Sequence record: PZ379177.1
Strand: one strand, 5' to 3'
DNA from: a phage
Length of the DNA stretch: 64,000 bases
In this document: positions 46,803 to 57,207 of the stretch, piece by piece
How the letters are laid out: each line of letters starts with the position of its first letter
How positions within the stretch are numbered: position 1 is the stretch's first letter
The notes under the pieces: model-generated
Seen by the model: the letters and a program-made list of their open reading frames with translations, nothing else
Database searches by the model: none
Told to the model about the DNA's origin: nothing
Position numbers and translations under genes: made by a program

Positions 46803-47576
46803 ATGAAAGTTGAATTAGTAAGATACACCCAAGATGCACTTGAACTTCTGCTGGAAACAAAGAACACGCGCATGACTGGCAAGCCTGTCTCTGAGATGAC
46901 AGAGTCAGAGAAACAAGAGCACTGGCGATATATGCTTGACACCATCAAGTCACCTTTTGACTTTGTGGACTATATCTTTGACATCACCGACGTGTCTAAG
47001 AACATGACCCATCAAATGGTGCGCACCCGCACAGGCGCATATCAAGAGCGCACCAGTCGCGCTCAGGAGTCGTCAGCGTTTGATGCGATTCGTCCGAAGG
47101 CTTTTGAACATCCTGAAGGGTCCACAAGCGTGCTTGGCGAAAAGTGGGATGATGCCATGGCGACTATTGACGCAATCTATCAAGAGTTGCGCGCGGCGGG
47201 TGCAGAAATCCAAGATGCGCGTGGCGTCCTGCCTTCGAATATGCAAACGCACATCATGGCCAAGTTCAACTTGCGCACGCTGCAACAAATGGCATCCAAC
47301 CGCCTCTGCACGCGCACTCAAGGCGAGTACCAAAACGTATTTCGCGCAATGGTTGCTGAAGTTCTTAATGTGCACCCGTGGGCAAACCCTCTCTTACAGC
47401 CGCTGTGCATCGGTATGGGTAAGTGCGCATTCCCTCGTCACGGTAAGGCCCATTGCCCTTGGTATCGTGATTGGATGGATACCACTGCACAGCAAGAAGA
47501 ATTACGCATCCAGTTTTGGGATGCCGCGCCAATCACCAATAATCCAGTTGCCAAAGATGGAGTATCAAAAGGATGA
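46803..47576 (+). CDS. ThyX-like flavin-dependent thymidylate synthase homolog (putative)
   Basis: overall resemblance to ThyX; the RHR-x7-S signature region reads RTRTGAYQERTSR, so the His appears replaced. Confidence 0.45.
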   Translation: MKVELVRYTQDALELLLETKNTRMTGKPVSEMTESEKQEHWRYMLDTIKSPFDFVDYIFDITDVSKNMTHQMVRTRTGAYQERTSRAQESSAFDAIRPKAFEHPEGSTSVLGEKWDDAMATIDAIYQELRAAGAEIQDARGVLPSNMQTHIMAKFNLRTLQQMASNRLCTRTQGEYQNVFRAMVAEVLNVHPWANPLLQPLCIGMGKCAFPRHGKAHCPWYRDWMDTTAQQEELRIQFWDAAPITNNPVAKDGVSKG

Positions 47577-48421
47577 AAACCTTAAACATTTTTGATTTAG
47601 ACGGCACCATATTTAATGACGCTTGGCGTTTACAATACATCGATAAAGAAAACAAGAACTATGATGGCTATCACGAGCGATTGACTCATGATGATCACTT
47701 TCCTAATATAGCTTCGCAAGTAGGCTGGTCACTAAGTGAAGGCGCTGTTGAGTTCTGGACAGCGCGACCTAACAAGTGGCGTGCGACTACAACTAAGAAG
47801 TTGGAAGATACTTTCGGATGTATGCCTGGCGTAATCATACGCATGCGCGGCGATGATGATTTGCGTAGCGCGGCAGCATTGAAAGCAGATTACATGCGTC
47901 GACTCCCTTCAGGCTATGATCAGGTGTATGTGTACGACGACCGCGCAGACGTTTTGGATGCCATGATCATTGAAGCGCGTCCAAAGACTGGCGTCACGTT
48001 CCGATTCTACCTTTGCACCAATGGTAGCTTCACGGAATACCACACACTTTTTAACCGCTCTAATAAAGCGAAAGTGCCTACTACGCAGGACACGCTGGGA
48101 GATTCGTTAGAAGCAACCAAGCCTGCCACCGCCGCCGATATTCTTGATGCGATGGCCGCGACCTTCCGTGAGCGCAACGCCGTTTATGGCGATAACGCTG
48201 TGATGGTAGGTCAGGTTATGCAGGTGCTTTTCCCTAATGGCGTAACGTTGAAAACGCCGGAAGACTACCACATGTGGCATCTGTTCGAGCTTAAGATTGT
48301 CAAGCTTACACGCTTTGCAATCAGCGGCCTGAAGCACGAAGACTCTATACACGATGATGGTGTTTACAGCGCCATGTGTGAACGTCTTGTCAACACCCAT
48401 AATATTAATTTCAATAAATAG
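47573..48421 (+). CDS. HAD-superfamily hydrolase fused to C-terminal domain of unknown function
   Basis: HAD motif I IFDLDGTIFN near N-terminus; ATGA overlap with upstream gene. Confidence 0.55.
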   Translation: MKTLNIFDLDGTIFNDAWRLQYIDKENKNYDGYHERLTHDDHFPNIASQVGWSLSEGAVEFWTARPNKWRATTTKKLEDTFGCMPGVIIRMRGDDDLRSAAALKADYMRRLPSGYDQVYVYDDRADVLDAMIIEARPKTGVTFRFYLCTNGSFTEYHTLFNRSNKAKVPTTQDTLGDSLEATKPATAADILDAMAATFRERNAVYGDNAVMVGQVMQVLFPNGVTLKTPEDYHMWHLFELKIVKLTRFAISGLKHEDSIHDDGVYSAMCERLVNTHNINFNK

Positions 48422-48485
48422 TTTACTTGTGCGTTTCGATGAGTTATATTTATCTCATCGAAACGAAGTCCAAAAGGATAAATAA

Positions 48486-49169
48486 ATGAAAAAAGTAATT
48501 GTTGTAACTGGCTGCAATTCCGGTCTTGGTAAATCCATTTTTGACACCCTTGGTGCTTACGGTCATGAAGTTGTCGGTATTGATTTGGAGAACGGCTATG
48601 ACATCCGTAACGCGAAACAGATGAAAGAGCTTCTCTCTCAATACGACGTAGAAGGCTTGATCAACTGCGCTGGCGTCAACTCCAACAACTGGTTCGAAGA
48701 TGTTAACTACGAAGAGTTCAATCGCGTTATGCACACCAACGCCTTCTCTTTCGTCAACACGACTCAGGCCGCGCTGAAAAGTCTTATTGACAACAAAGGT
48801 TTTGTGATCAACATCGTTTCCAACGCTGCGCATATTCCTATGACGTCCAGCTTGTGTTATAATGCATCCAAGGCTGCTGCGCTTATGATTAGCAAGCAGA
48901 TGGCTCACGAGCTTACGCCTAAGTACGGAATCACGGTATTCTCTATTAGTCCTAACAAGCTACGTGGTACTGGCATGTCCAAACAGATTGAAGATGCTGT
49001 TTGCGCGACTCGCGGCTGGACTCCTGAGTATGCTGCTGAATACCAGAAAAAGGCGTTGATGAACGGATTGGAGACTGAGCCGCAAGTAATTGCTGACTTC
49101 ATTCGCCATATCTTAATTACGGGCGCATGGCGCTTTATGTCTGGTACTGATATTCCATTTGGGAAATAA
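48486..49169 (+). CDS. short-chain dehydrogenase/reductase (SDR)
   Basis: cofactor motif VTGCNSGLGKS and catalytic YNASKAA (YxxxK). Confidence 0.7.
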   Translation: MKKVIVVTGCNSGLGKSIFDTLGAYGHEVVGIDLENGYDIRNAKQMKELLSQYDVEGLINCAGVNSNNWFEDVNYEEFNRVMHTNAFSFVNTTQAALKSLIDNKGFVINIVSNAAHIPMTSSLCYNASKAAALMISKQMAHELTPKYGITVFSISPNKLRGTGMSKQIEDAVCATRGWTPEYAAEYQKKALMNGLETEPQVIADFIRHILITGAWRFMSGTDIPFGK

Positions 49170-49171
49170 AT

Positions 49172-49342
49172 CATGACTATCAAAGTTGTTGTAGAAGTGA
49201 TTGGCGACGTAGCAGAAGTGAAGATTGATCAAGAAGGTGTTGGATTTGAAGTAATAAGAATCGAAAACGCAAAGATTAACCACGAGCGCGTCGGTGCCAT
49301 TGAGACTTATTCCATCGAAGGCAACACAGTAATTAATCAATA
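49172..49342 (+). CDS. small hypothetical protein (56 aa), not in ORF track
   Basis: ATG 2 nt after upstream stop; product MTIKVVVEVIGDVAEVKIDQEG... Confidence 0.3.
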
Positions 49343-49363
49343 ATATTTAATTAAGGAAACAAA

Positions 49364-49915
49364 ATGCCACATTTTAAAATTGAACAAATCGCCCTGTCAA
49401 TTCCAGGTGCTCAGCGCGCACAGAATTTCCTGGCTAAAATCGGCCTGACAGAATGGTTCCATGATCACGTTGTTGCTACTGGTCGCGTATTTGAAGCTGA
49501 TGTCTTTAAGGGTCAGCGCGGCGATTGCACCAACGAAGCTGACTTGCGCTTCAACTATCAGGCTGGCAACGGCACCGATGGCGGCGCTGGTAAGCCTCTT
49601 GAGCTTGAAATTCTTGACTATACAAAAGGTTGCAACTGGATTCACGAAAACATCGAATACATCGATGCGCACGACAATCAGGTTAGCCATCTTGGTATGC
49701 ACGTGACTGCCGCTGAACTTGCTGAATGGCGCAAGTTCTTTAAAGAAGAAGGCATTCAGGTTGCGCAGGAAGTCGTAACCGACTCTCACACCAACCCAAA
49801 TATTGCTGGTCAGCGTCGTTACAACTATGTGATCTTTGATACGCGTGAGATCATCGGCGTTGATTTGAAGTTTATCGTGCGCTTGAATCAAGACGGTACT
49901 CCGTACACTGTATAA
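49364..49915 (+). CDS. hypothetical protein (possibly VOC/glyoxalase-like)
   Basis: 183-aa ORF with RBS; fold assignment is a guess. Confidence 0.4.
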   Translation: MPHFKIEQIALSIPGAQRAQNFLAKIGLTEWFHDHVVATGRVFEADVFKGQRGDCTNEADLRFNYQAGNGTDGGAGKPLELEILDYTKGCNWIHENIEYIDAHDNQVSHLGMHVTAAELAEWRKFFKEEGIQVAQEVVTDSHTNPNIAGQRRYNYVIFDTREIIGVDLKFIVRLNQDGTPYTV

Positions 49916-49931
49916 CGAATCGTGAATCTGT

Positions 49932-49957
49932 GGCCGTCCTAATGGGCGGCCTTTTTG
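49932..49957 (+). terminator. rho-independent terminator
   Basis: hairpin GGCCGTCCTAATGGGCGGCC followed by TTTTTG. Confidence 0.5.
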
Positions 49958-49969
49958 TAGGAGGCCAAT

Positions 49970-50512
49970 GTGTTATTTCTCCCTTATGACTTCGAAACAA
50001 CCGGATTGACCGTGCACCCGAAAGCGCCGCTTGGGATGCAGCCGCGCCCTATTGAATTTGCAGGTCTGTTGACAGACGGCAAAGAGATTATTGAAACGTT
50101 TGAATTCATAATTAATCCTGAAATCGTGATTGAAGAAATTATCACAAAGATTACCGGATTAACAAATGAAGACCTTGAGTGCAATCCACCATTCATCAAT
50201 TTTGTCCCGCAGCTAAAAGAAATCTTCAAGAAGACGGCTGCCACTATCGCGCACAACCATGCGTTCGATAAAAACATTCTTGATTATGCACTACAGCGCG
50301 AAGGACTTACGCTTGATGATGTTAATTTTCCAGAAATAAACATTTGTACAGTTGAGCAAACCTTGCCTATTTTTGGCCGAAGAGTTAAGCTTCAAGAGCT
50401 GTATGAATTATATTTCGGAAAATATGAACAGAAACACCGTGCATTAGACGACGTAATATTACTGCACAAAGTCTGCCAACAAATTGGCGTATATGACATC
50501 TGGAGTAAATAA
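49970..50512 (+). CDS. DnaQ-like 3'-5' exonuclease (DEDD family)
   Basis: Exo I motif YDFETTGL; GTG start with GGAGG RBS; directly upstream of polymerase gene. Confidence 0.7.
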   Translation: MLFLPYDFETTGLTVHPKAPLGMQPRPIEFAGLLTDGKEIIETFEFIINPEIVIEEIITKITGLTNEDLECNPPFINFVPQLKEIFKKTAATIAHNHAFDKNILDYALQREGLTLDDVNFPEINICTVEQTLPIFGRRVKLQELYELYFGKYEQKHRALDDVILLHKVCQQIGVYDIWSK

Positions 50513-53409
50513 TGTTTCCACAATTGAGAGTTCGCAGCGGTTACACGTTCAAAGAAGTTTATGGACGGCATCCTGAAATTATAGCACGGCTCAAAGAGTT
50601 GGGCTGCGAAGTCGCGGCATTAGTTGATAACAACACATGGGGTCACGTTCGCTGGGAAAAGGAATGCCAGAAAAATGATATTAAGCCTATGTTTGGAATG
50701 GAGATTCCAATCATCGACCCTGATGCGGACCCGAAAAAGGGATTCAAACCGAAGGCTTGGATATTGGCCCTTGACTTAAAATCTTTTTACAACGCTACAA
50801 CACTTGCAACGCAGCGTGGTGGTCTTACCCGTGCAGAGTTCGGGGCGCTTGATGGCGTCGTTAAATTCTGTGGCGGTGCCGTGGAACTGCTGCGGCCAGA
50901 GGACTACGACTATATAGACGTCAACCCATCGTCGTTCCTTTTGGCAAAGCGCCAGGCGTTGGCTCATCGTAGCAGTGGAAGGCCGCTGGTTTTAACCGGA
51001 TACAATCACATGCCTTCTCCTGAGCACGTTGACTTCGCTTATGCGTGGGAAGTGCGCGACACGGTTAAGCCGCATTGCATCGTTGACGTTGAAGACTTGC
51101 GCAAACAGCTTAAAGGCATCTTGACTGAAGATGAGCTTGATCAGGCAACGGCCAATGCCGTGGACATCGCGAACGGCATAGTCGGACTTGACTTGAAATT
51201 GCGTAAGGCACCGATTATTCACCTTGCTGGTGACATGGTAAAGCTTGCTCGCGAGGGGATGGAGTACCGTCTAAAAGCAGGTCACATCAAAGAATGGACT
51301 CAGGAATATGAGGACCGCTTCAACGAAGAAATTCACCAGATTCAGCTGAAAGATTTCGACTCATACTTTCTGGTGGTAGCGGACCTTGTACGATTCGCAA
51401 AAACAAAAATGCTAGTCGGTCCTGCGCGCGGCTCATCGGCTGGTTCACTTGTTTGCTATTGCCTCGGCATCACGGAAGTGGACCCAATACCGTATAAACT
51501 GCTTTTTGCCCGATTCATCGACGTAAGCCGCGCCGACCTTCCTGACATCGACATCGACTTTGAAGATACCAAACGCTATATGGTGTTTGATTATCTTAAA
51601 GAGAAATACGGCGAAATGAACGTTGCAAAGCTTGGCAACATTAACACGCTTAAGGCCAACTCAGTAATGGCGCAGGTTGGTAAGAAGTTCAACATTGGAT
51701 ACCACGAAACGGCCAACATTAAAAACGCACTGCTTGAATACTCATCCGGTGACGCCCGTTATGGCCACGGCCTGGAGGATACCTTTGCCACAACAACCAC
51801 GGGTCAAGAGTTTGTGGCCAAATATCCTGATGCCGCGCGTTGCATGGGCGACCTTGAGATTCACCCGTCTCACACAGGTGTTCACGCAGCGGGAATCATT
51901 GTGTGTAATGACCCAATCTCTGATTATTGTACTGTAACTGCAGAAGGGATTGCACAAATTGATAAGCCTGACAGCGAATACCTTAACCTTTTGAAGCTTG
52001 ATGCGCTGGGCCTTCGTACTCTCGGCATTATTTCTGATACAGGCGTTATTGATGCTGAAACGCTCTACGGCATCAAGCTTGATGATCAAAGCGTCCTTGA
52101 CATTCTTAACGAAAACAAGATGTCAGGCATCTTCCAGTTTGAAGGCGACGCTGTACGCTCAGTAACAAACTTTGTGCACGTCGATAACTTTAACAAAATC
52201 GACAACCTGACGGCTTTGGGTCGACCTGGCCCGTTGTCATCCGGTATGGCCCAGAAATACATTGAACGCGCAGCAGGGCGTGCGCCGATTGAATACGACG
52301 TGCCGCAGCTTGAGCCGTACTTAAAAGAGACTTACGGCGTGTTCCTTTACCAAGAGCAAATCATGGCCGTGGTTAAAGAGATTGGTTCATTTGACTGGGC
52401 GAAAACATCCGCTGTGCGTAAGGCAATGTCAGGCCGTAAGGGTGAGGAATACTTTAACAAGCTTGGCGAAGACTTTGTTGCAGGCGCAATAAATAACGGC
52501 GTACCGGAAGCGGATGCAAGAAAGCTTTGGCAGGCGATGGCTACGTTCGGGTCATGGGGCTTTAACAAGTCGCACTCCGTGTCATACGCGGTCGTGACCT
52601 ACTGGACCTTGTGGCTTAAACGACACTACCCGTTGGAATTTGCCGCTGCTTGCTTACGCGCTGCTAAGGACGAAGACCAGACGATTGCGATATTACGTGA
52701 ACTTGCGAAGGAAGGCGTGGATTATGTGCCAATCGACCCTGATCACTCTTCAATGAACTGGACCATCGCTAACGGAAAGCTAATCGGCGGCATCATGAAC
52801 GCGAAAGGGTACGGAATGGTGAAGGCGATGAAGTATATCGAAGCACGTGAAGCCGGAACCTTAACGCAAAAGCAAAAGGACGCATTGGCCAATGCTGAAG
52901 TAAAATACGGCGACCTTACAGAGATGCACACAAAGTTCGGCTGGGCGTATAATGACCCGTATCTGATTGGTGTGACGTCCGGCGCTTCAATACGCCAGAT
53001 GAAGGAAGTCGGTGATGACGAGCGCGCAATAGTAATCGGCAAGTTGACAAAGAAAGTGCTTGCGGACGAGAACGAAGCAACACGCATCCGTAAACGACTT
53101 GAGCGCGGCATCTATACAAAGCACGGCAAGCTTAAAAAGGGTCTTCAAGTTGATGGCCGCTACGCAGAGTTTGACCAGTACGGGAACAAGCTTGAGACTC
53201 AGTTCATCGACCTTATGTGCAAAGACGACTCGACCGACTCGCCAATGCGCTTCAGGATTCGCCCAGAGAAGTTCCAGAAGTACGGGAAGTACATTGCTGA
53301 AAACGTCGGGAACGGCGCATTCTTCCTGATGAAAGGTCGCAAGCTTGAAGGCATTGACATGTTCATCGTTGACGTGATCAAACAGGTGTATCCAGATGGC
53401 AACAAATAA
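50512..53409 (+). CDS. DNA polymerase III alpha (DnaE)-like replicative polymerase
   Basis: 965 aa; N-terminal PHP-like start, central GPARGSSAGSLVCYCLGITEVDP and DIDIDFE motifs. Confidence 0.7.
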   Translation: MFPQLRVRSGYTFKEVYGRHPEIIARLKELGCEVAALVDNNTWGHVRWEKECQKNDIKPMFGMEIPIIDPDADPKKGFKPKAWILALDLKSFYNATTLATQRGGLTRAEFGALDGVVKFCGGAVELLRPEDYDYIDVNPSSFLLAKRQALAHRSSGRPLVLTGYNHMPSPEHVDFAYAWEVRDTVKPHCIVDVEDLRKQLKGILTEDELDQATANAVDIANGIVGLDLKLRKAPIIHLAGDMVKLAREGMEYRLKAGHIKEWTQEYEDRFNEEIHQIQLKDFDSYFLVVADLVRFAKTKMLVGPARGSSAGSLVCYCLGITEVDPIPYKLLFARFIDVSRADLPDIDIDFEDTKRYMVFDYLKEKYGEMNVAKLGNINTLKANSVMAQVGKKFNIGYHETANIKNALLEYSSGDARYGHGLEDTFATTTTGQEFVAKYPDAARCMGDLEIHPSHTGVHAAGIIVCNDPISDYCTVTAEGIAQIDKPDSEYLNLLKLDALGLRTLGIISDTGVIDAETLYGIKLDDQSVLDILNENKMSGIFQFEGDAVRSVTNFVHVDNFNKIDNLTALGRPGPLSSGMAQKYIERAAGRAPIEYDVPQLEPYLKETYGVFLYQEQIMAVVKEIGSFDWAKTSAVRKAMSGRKGEEYFNKLGEDFVAGAINNGVPEADARKLWQAMATFGSWGFNKSHSVSYAVVTYWTLWLKRHYPLEFAAACLRAAKDEDQTIAILRELAKEGVDYVPIDPDHSSMNWTIANGKLIGGIMNAKGYGMVKAMKYIEAREAGTLTQKQKDALANAEVKYGDLTEMHTKFGWAYNDPYLIGVTSGASIRQMKEVGDDERAIVIGKLTKKVLADENEATRIRKRLERGIYTKHGKLKKGLQVDGRYAEFDQYGNKLETQFIDLMCKDDSTDSPMRFRIRPEKFQKYGKYIAENVGNGAFFLMKGRKLEGIDMFIVDVIKQVYPDGNK

Positions 53410-53818
53410 CCGTGAGCAGAAATACATATTCGTGCCTTTGAAGAAGCATTCAGAATCGGTATTGAAGCTTCAACGAATCGAGTCGATGACTGGTGATGGC
53501 GTGCCGGACGTAATCGGCACCAACCGGAAAGGGCGCGGCTTTTGGCTTGAAATGAAGTTCTTTGAATCGTGGCCTGCAAGGGCCACCACTGCACCTTTCA
53601 GAAATGCATTTGAGAAAGGCCAATGCAGCTTTCTTTCTTCGTGGAATGATTGGAAATACCCATCATTTGTTCTGCTTAAGGTTGATTCTGAGAAGATGTT
53701 TTATTTAGTCCACCCTTCTATTGAATTAAAGCGTTATAATATTGCAGACGTTCAACGTGAGATAATCGTGAAGGGAACTATTCATCACATCATCAAGTAT
53801 TTAGAGGAATTGTCATGA
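53396..53818 (+). CDS. VRR-NUC domain nuclease
   Basis: GVPDVIGTNRKGRGFWLEMK motif; immediately upstream of SNF2 helicase. Confidence 0.5.
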   Translation: MATNNREQKYIFVPLKKHSESVLKLQRIESMTGDGVPDVIGTNRKGRGFWLEMKFFESWPARATTAPFRNAFEKGQCSFLSSWNDWKYPSFVLLKVDSEKMFYLVHPSIELKRYNIADVQREIIVKGTIHHIIKYLEELS

Positions 53819-55338
53819 AAACACAAGGAATGCGCCACCAATTATTGGCGCTTGATAAAGCAGGCCGCAGAAAATACTTTGCTTATTTTATGGAGCAGGG
53901 TCTTGGCAAAACCTGGACTGCTTTGGCAGAGTTTGAAAAGCACTTCACTGCTGGCGCGTTCGATGCCATGGTCGTCATCGCTCCAAACGGTGTCCACTCC
54001 AACTGGATTCGTCGTGAAGCACCAGAACACCTTTCCATCAAGTGGATTGGGCACTACTGGCGCGGCAACGACAAGATGAAGACTAAAAAGGGCAAGGCGC
54101 TTTGGGAGAAGATGTTTGCTGATCACTACCCTGAAGGCGAAGTGCCTGCGCGCATCTTCTCATTCAACATCGATACCGTCAACACACCAGTAGGTTATCA
54201 ACACATCGAGTCGGTCTTGAAGAAATACCGCTGCCTGATGATCATTGATGAATCGACTCGCATCAAAAATAACACAGCAAAACGCTCCATCAAGGTCGTG
54301 GAGTTGGGTCGGCTGGCAAAGGCCCGTCGAATCCTTTCTGGCACGCCGTTGCCGCGCTCGCCTGCGGATATTTACATGCAATATCACTTCCTTGAAGCAG
54401 GCTTGCTCGGCACCAAATCTTTCCGCGCCTTCAACTCTGAATTCACTGTGCTACTTGAAGCGCACGACCCAGAAATGCAAGCCATCCTCAAGAAAATCGG
54501 CGGCAATGGCTATGGGATTCCGCAAGTGCCGCGCAAAGACCAGTTTGGCCGACCGATGTACAAAAACCTTGACAAGCTTATCCGGCTGATGGAACCGCAC
54601 TATTTTCGTGCGACAAAAGCGGAATACTTGCCTGACCTTCCAGAGAAGGTGTATAAGTTTATCGACTTCGAGCTGTCGCCTAAACAACGCGATGTCTACG
54701 ATGAACTCAAGAATGAGTACAACTATTTGATGGAATACAAGGGCGAAGAAGAAAACGTCAAGTTTGAGATGATCGCATCTCGCACTAAGATGAAGCAGGT
54801 GACATCAGGCTTTGTTAAGGTGTATGATGAGATGGTCTACATGGAAGACAACCCACGATTCACAGCCTTTAAGGATTATGTGGAAGGGGTGCTGGAAGAC
54901 GACCCAGAGCGCAAATTCATTGTTTGGGCCATCTTTAAGGAAGAGATGAACCAGATTAAGGACTGGCTTGAGTCTGAAGGCGTGGTCACTGGTGTGTACA
55001 ACGGTGAAACATCAAAAGAGCAGCGCGAGTTCTTGATTGATGACTTCCAGAAAAACACAGTCGAGAACGGTGGAACGCAAGTGTTGGTGTGTCACGCAGC
55101 TGCGGCAGGCATCGGAATCACGCTTACCGCCGCCGACTTGGCAATCTATTATTCTTGCAACTATGACAACGAGTTGCGAAAGCAATCCGAAGACCGAAAT
55201 CACCGCATCGGCACCAAATCAAGCGTGTTGTATGTTGATTTTATTGGCGTTGATACCATCGACGAAGAAATTCAGCGTTCACTGAGCATGAAATCTATGC
55301 TTGCTGATCACATCCTCGACGGCAAAAAGATGAATTAA
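53815..55338 (+). CDS. SNF2-family helicase
   Basis: Walker A GLGKTWTA, DExx box MIIDESTRI, C-terminal helicase domain. Confidence 0.7.
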   Translation: MKTQGMRHQLLALDKAGRRKYFAYFMEQGLGKTWTALAEFEKHFTAGAFDAMVVIAPNGVHSNWIRREAPEHLSIKWIGHYWRGNDKMKTKKGKALWEKMFADHYPEGEVPARIFSFNIDTVNTPVGYQHIESVLKKYRCLMIIDESTRIKNNTAKRSIKVVELGRLAKARRILSGTPLPRSPADIYMQYHFLEAGLLGTKSFRAFNSEFTVLLEAHDPEMQAILKKIGGNGYGIPQVPRKDQFGRPMYKNLDKLIRLMEPHYFRATKAEYLPDLPEKVYKFIDFELSPKQRDVYDELKNEYNYLMEYKGEEENVKFEMIASRTKMKQVTSGFVKVYDEMVYMEDNPRFTAFKDYVEGVLEDDPERKFIVWAIFKEEMNQIKDWLESEGVVTGVYNGETSKEQREFLIDDFQKNTVENGGTQVLVCHAAAAGIGITLTAADLAIYYSCNYDNELRKQSEDRNHRIGTKSSVLYVDFIGVDTIDEEIQRSLSMKSMLADHILDGKKMN

Positions 55339-55412
55339 TATCAAAAATAATTTGACTTGTCATGGAAGATGAGTCATAATTACTTCATCGAAACGAAACA
55401 GAGGAATACAAA

Positions 55413-55676
55413 ATGGTACGCATCCTTGAACGTTACAAAAATGAAGCTACTGGCGCAATCGCTTTCAAACGTCTTTTGGTCAAAGAAATTGACGGGATGT
55501 TCCGCGTTGTTAAAGAGTTTGATTATGGCAACGGTGCTGGGGTGAATACCGTTATTATGCCTGGCATCAAGGCGTATAAAACCTTGAAAGGCGCTGAGAA
55601 GGCTTTGGCGGCTTGGAAGCCTGAACGTTATCAAATGACCCGTGTTGAAGGGCTAATGCAAGAAGGTAAAATATGA
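55413..55676 (+). CDS. hypothetical protein
   Basis: 87-aa ORF. Confidence 0.4.
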   Translation: MVRILERYKNEATGAIAFKRLLVKEIDGMFRVVKEFDYGNGAGVNTVIMPGIKAYKTLKGAEKALAAWKPERYQMTRVEGLMQEGKI

Positions 55677-56230
55677 GCAATATTAATTGGGAAGATGATT
55701 TGCCGCAGGTCGCTCCTGAGAGCATTCAAGAGCGCCTTGCGCGCTTAGTATCTGAACTGGCAGAACGCCAAGAAGCTTTGACAGAGCTTGAAGATGAAGC
55801 TGATATGCAAAAGCAGCGAATCAGTGAAATCAAAACTGTTCTGCTTCCTGGCGTTATGGATGAGCTTGGCGTGTCCGAAATCAAGCTTGAGGACAAGACC
55901 AAAATCAAGGTCGAGTCCAAGGTGAATGCTTCAATCAAGAAAGAAAACGAATTAAAAGTTTTCGATTGGCTTGTCAACAACGGTTACGGCGGCTTGATCA
56001 AGTCCAGCGTCACGGCTGAGTTCGGTCGCGAAGAAATCGAACAGGCGCAAGAGATTGTTGCCGCGCTGCGTGAAGATGGTGTTGAAGTCACATTGAAACA
56101 AGGCGTTCATTCTGCTACACTGAAGTCATTTGTAAAAGAACAGCTGGAAGCAGGCAATCCAGTTAGTGAAGATATTAGCGTTTTTGAATACAAAGAAGCT
56201 AAAATAACCTTGCCTAAAAGCAAAAAGTAA
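55673..56230 (+). CDS. hypothetical coiled-coil protein
   Basis: 185-aa acidic ORF. Confidence 0.4.
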   Translation: MSNINWEDDLPQVAPESIQERLARLVSELAERQEALTELEDEADMQKQRISEIKTVLLPGVMDELGVSEIKLEDKTKIKVESKVNASIKKENELKVFDWLVNNGYGGLIKSSVTAEFGREEIEQAQEIVAALREDGVEVTLKQGVHSATLKSFVKEQLEAGNPVSEDISVFEYKEAKITLPKSKK

Positions 56231-56289
56231 TTTAACCTTTATCTTGAAATCAGGTTGCCACGAAACTTGATACTATAGGAAAATATCAA

Positions 56290-57150
56290 ATGTCTAAGAA
56301 AGAAACTACCGAAGTTGCAGTGAAAAACACCCAGATGTCCGCTATGGCTGATTTTGTCGACATGACCGATTTTGGCGCTGGTTTTGAAGGTGCCGATGCC
56401 GATGCATATGCCATTCCTTTTATCGTCGTGCTGCAGAAGATGTCTCCTATGGTCGACGAAGATGATCCAAAACACGTTCCTGGCGCAAAAGCTGGCATGC
56501 TTTACAACACCGTTACTGGTGAGTTGTATGACGGCAAGAAAGGCGTGCAGATCATTCCTTGCGCATTCAAACGTACCTTCATTCTTTGGGGCGGTCGCGA
56601 GTCCGACGATAAAGGCTTTAAAGGTGAATTTACCAAAGAGCACGTTGATGCAGAAGTAGCGGCAGGCCGCGCTGTTGAGATCAACGGTAAAGTATTTGTG
56701 CCGGACGAAAACGGCAAGGTGCACGAGAAGAAGTCTCCTTACTACGCAGATACACGTAACCACTTCGTAATTCTGTTGAACGAAGAAACGGGTGAATTTG
56801 GTAGCGCAATGCTGTCTTTGACTTCTTCCATGATCAAGCCGTCTCGCATGCTGATGACCGCTCTGCAGCAGAAGAAAGTTCAGACTCCGCAAGGTCTGAA
56901 AACGCCGCCGACCTTTATGAACATCGTTCGCATGGGTACTGCATCCCAGTCCAAAGACGGCAACACCTGGTCCGTTCTTAAGTTTGAGCTGGAAGGTCTG
57001 GTGCAGGACAAAGGTCTGTACGAAGTCGCCAAGGCATTCCACAACGACGTAGTTGGCGGCAACGTTAACATCGACCGCAGCAAGCAAGAAGAAGCAAGTG
57101 GCGCTGCTGGCCCTGTCAATGAAACTCCGACCGACGCAGAAGAGTTTTAA
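56290..57150 (+). CDS. possible ssDNA-binding protein
   Basis: acidic C-terminal tail ending in Phe (TPTDAEEF), as in T7 gp2.5-type SSBs; replication-module context. Confidence 0.35.
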   Translation: MSKKETTEVAVKNTQMSAMADFVDMTDFGAGFEGADADAYAIPFIVVLQKMSPMVDEDDPKHVPGAKAGMLYNTVTGELYDGKKGVQIIPCAFKRTFILWGGRESDDKGFKGEFTKEHVDAEVAAGRAVEINGKVFVPDENGKVHEKKSPYYADTRNHFVILLNEETGEFGSAMLSLTSSMIKPSRMLMTALQQKKVQTPQGLKTPPTFMNIVRMGTASQSKDGNTWSVLKFELEGLVQDKGLYEVAKAFHNDVVGGNVNIDRSKQEEASGAAGPVNETPTDAEEF

Positions 57151-57169
57151 TCGACAATCAAATCAACAA

Positions 57170-57198
57170 GGCTGCCGATTGGCGGCCTTTTATTTATC
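57170..57198 (+). terminator. rho-independent terminator
   Basis: hairpin GCTGCCGATTGGCGGC followed by CTTTTATTTAT. Confidence 0.45.
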
Positions 57199-57207
57199 TG
57201 GTGCATC

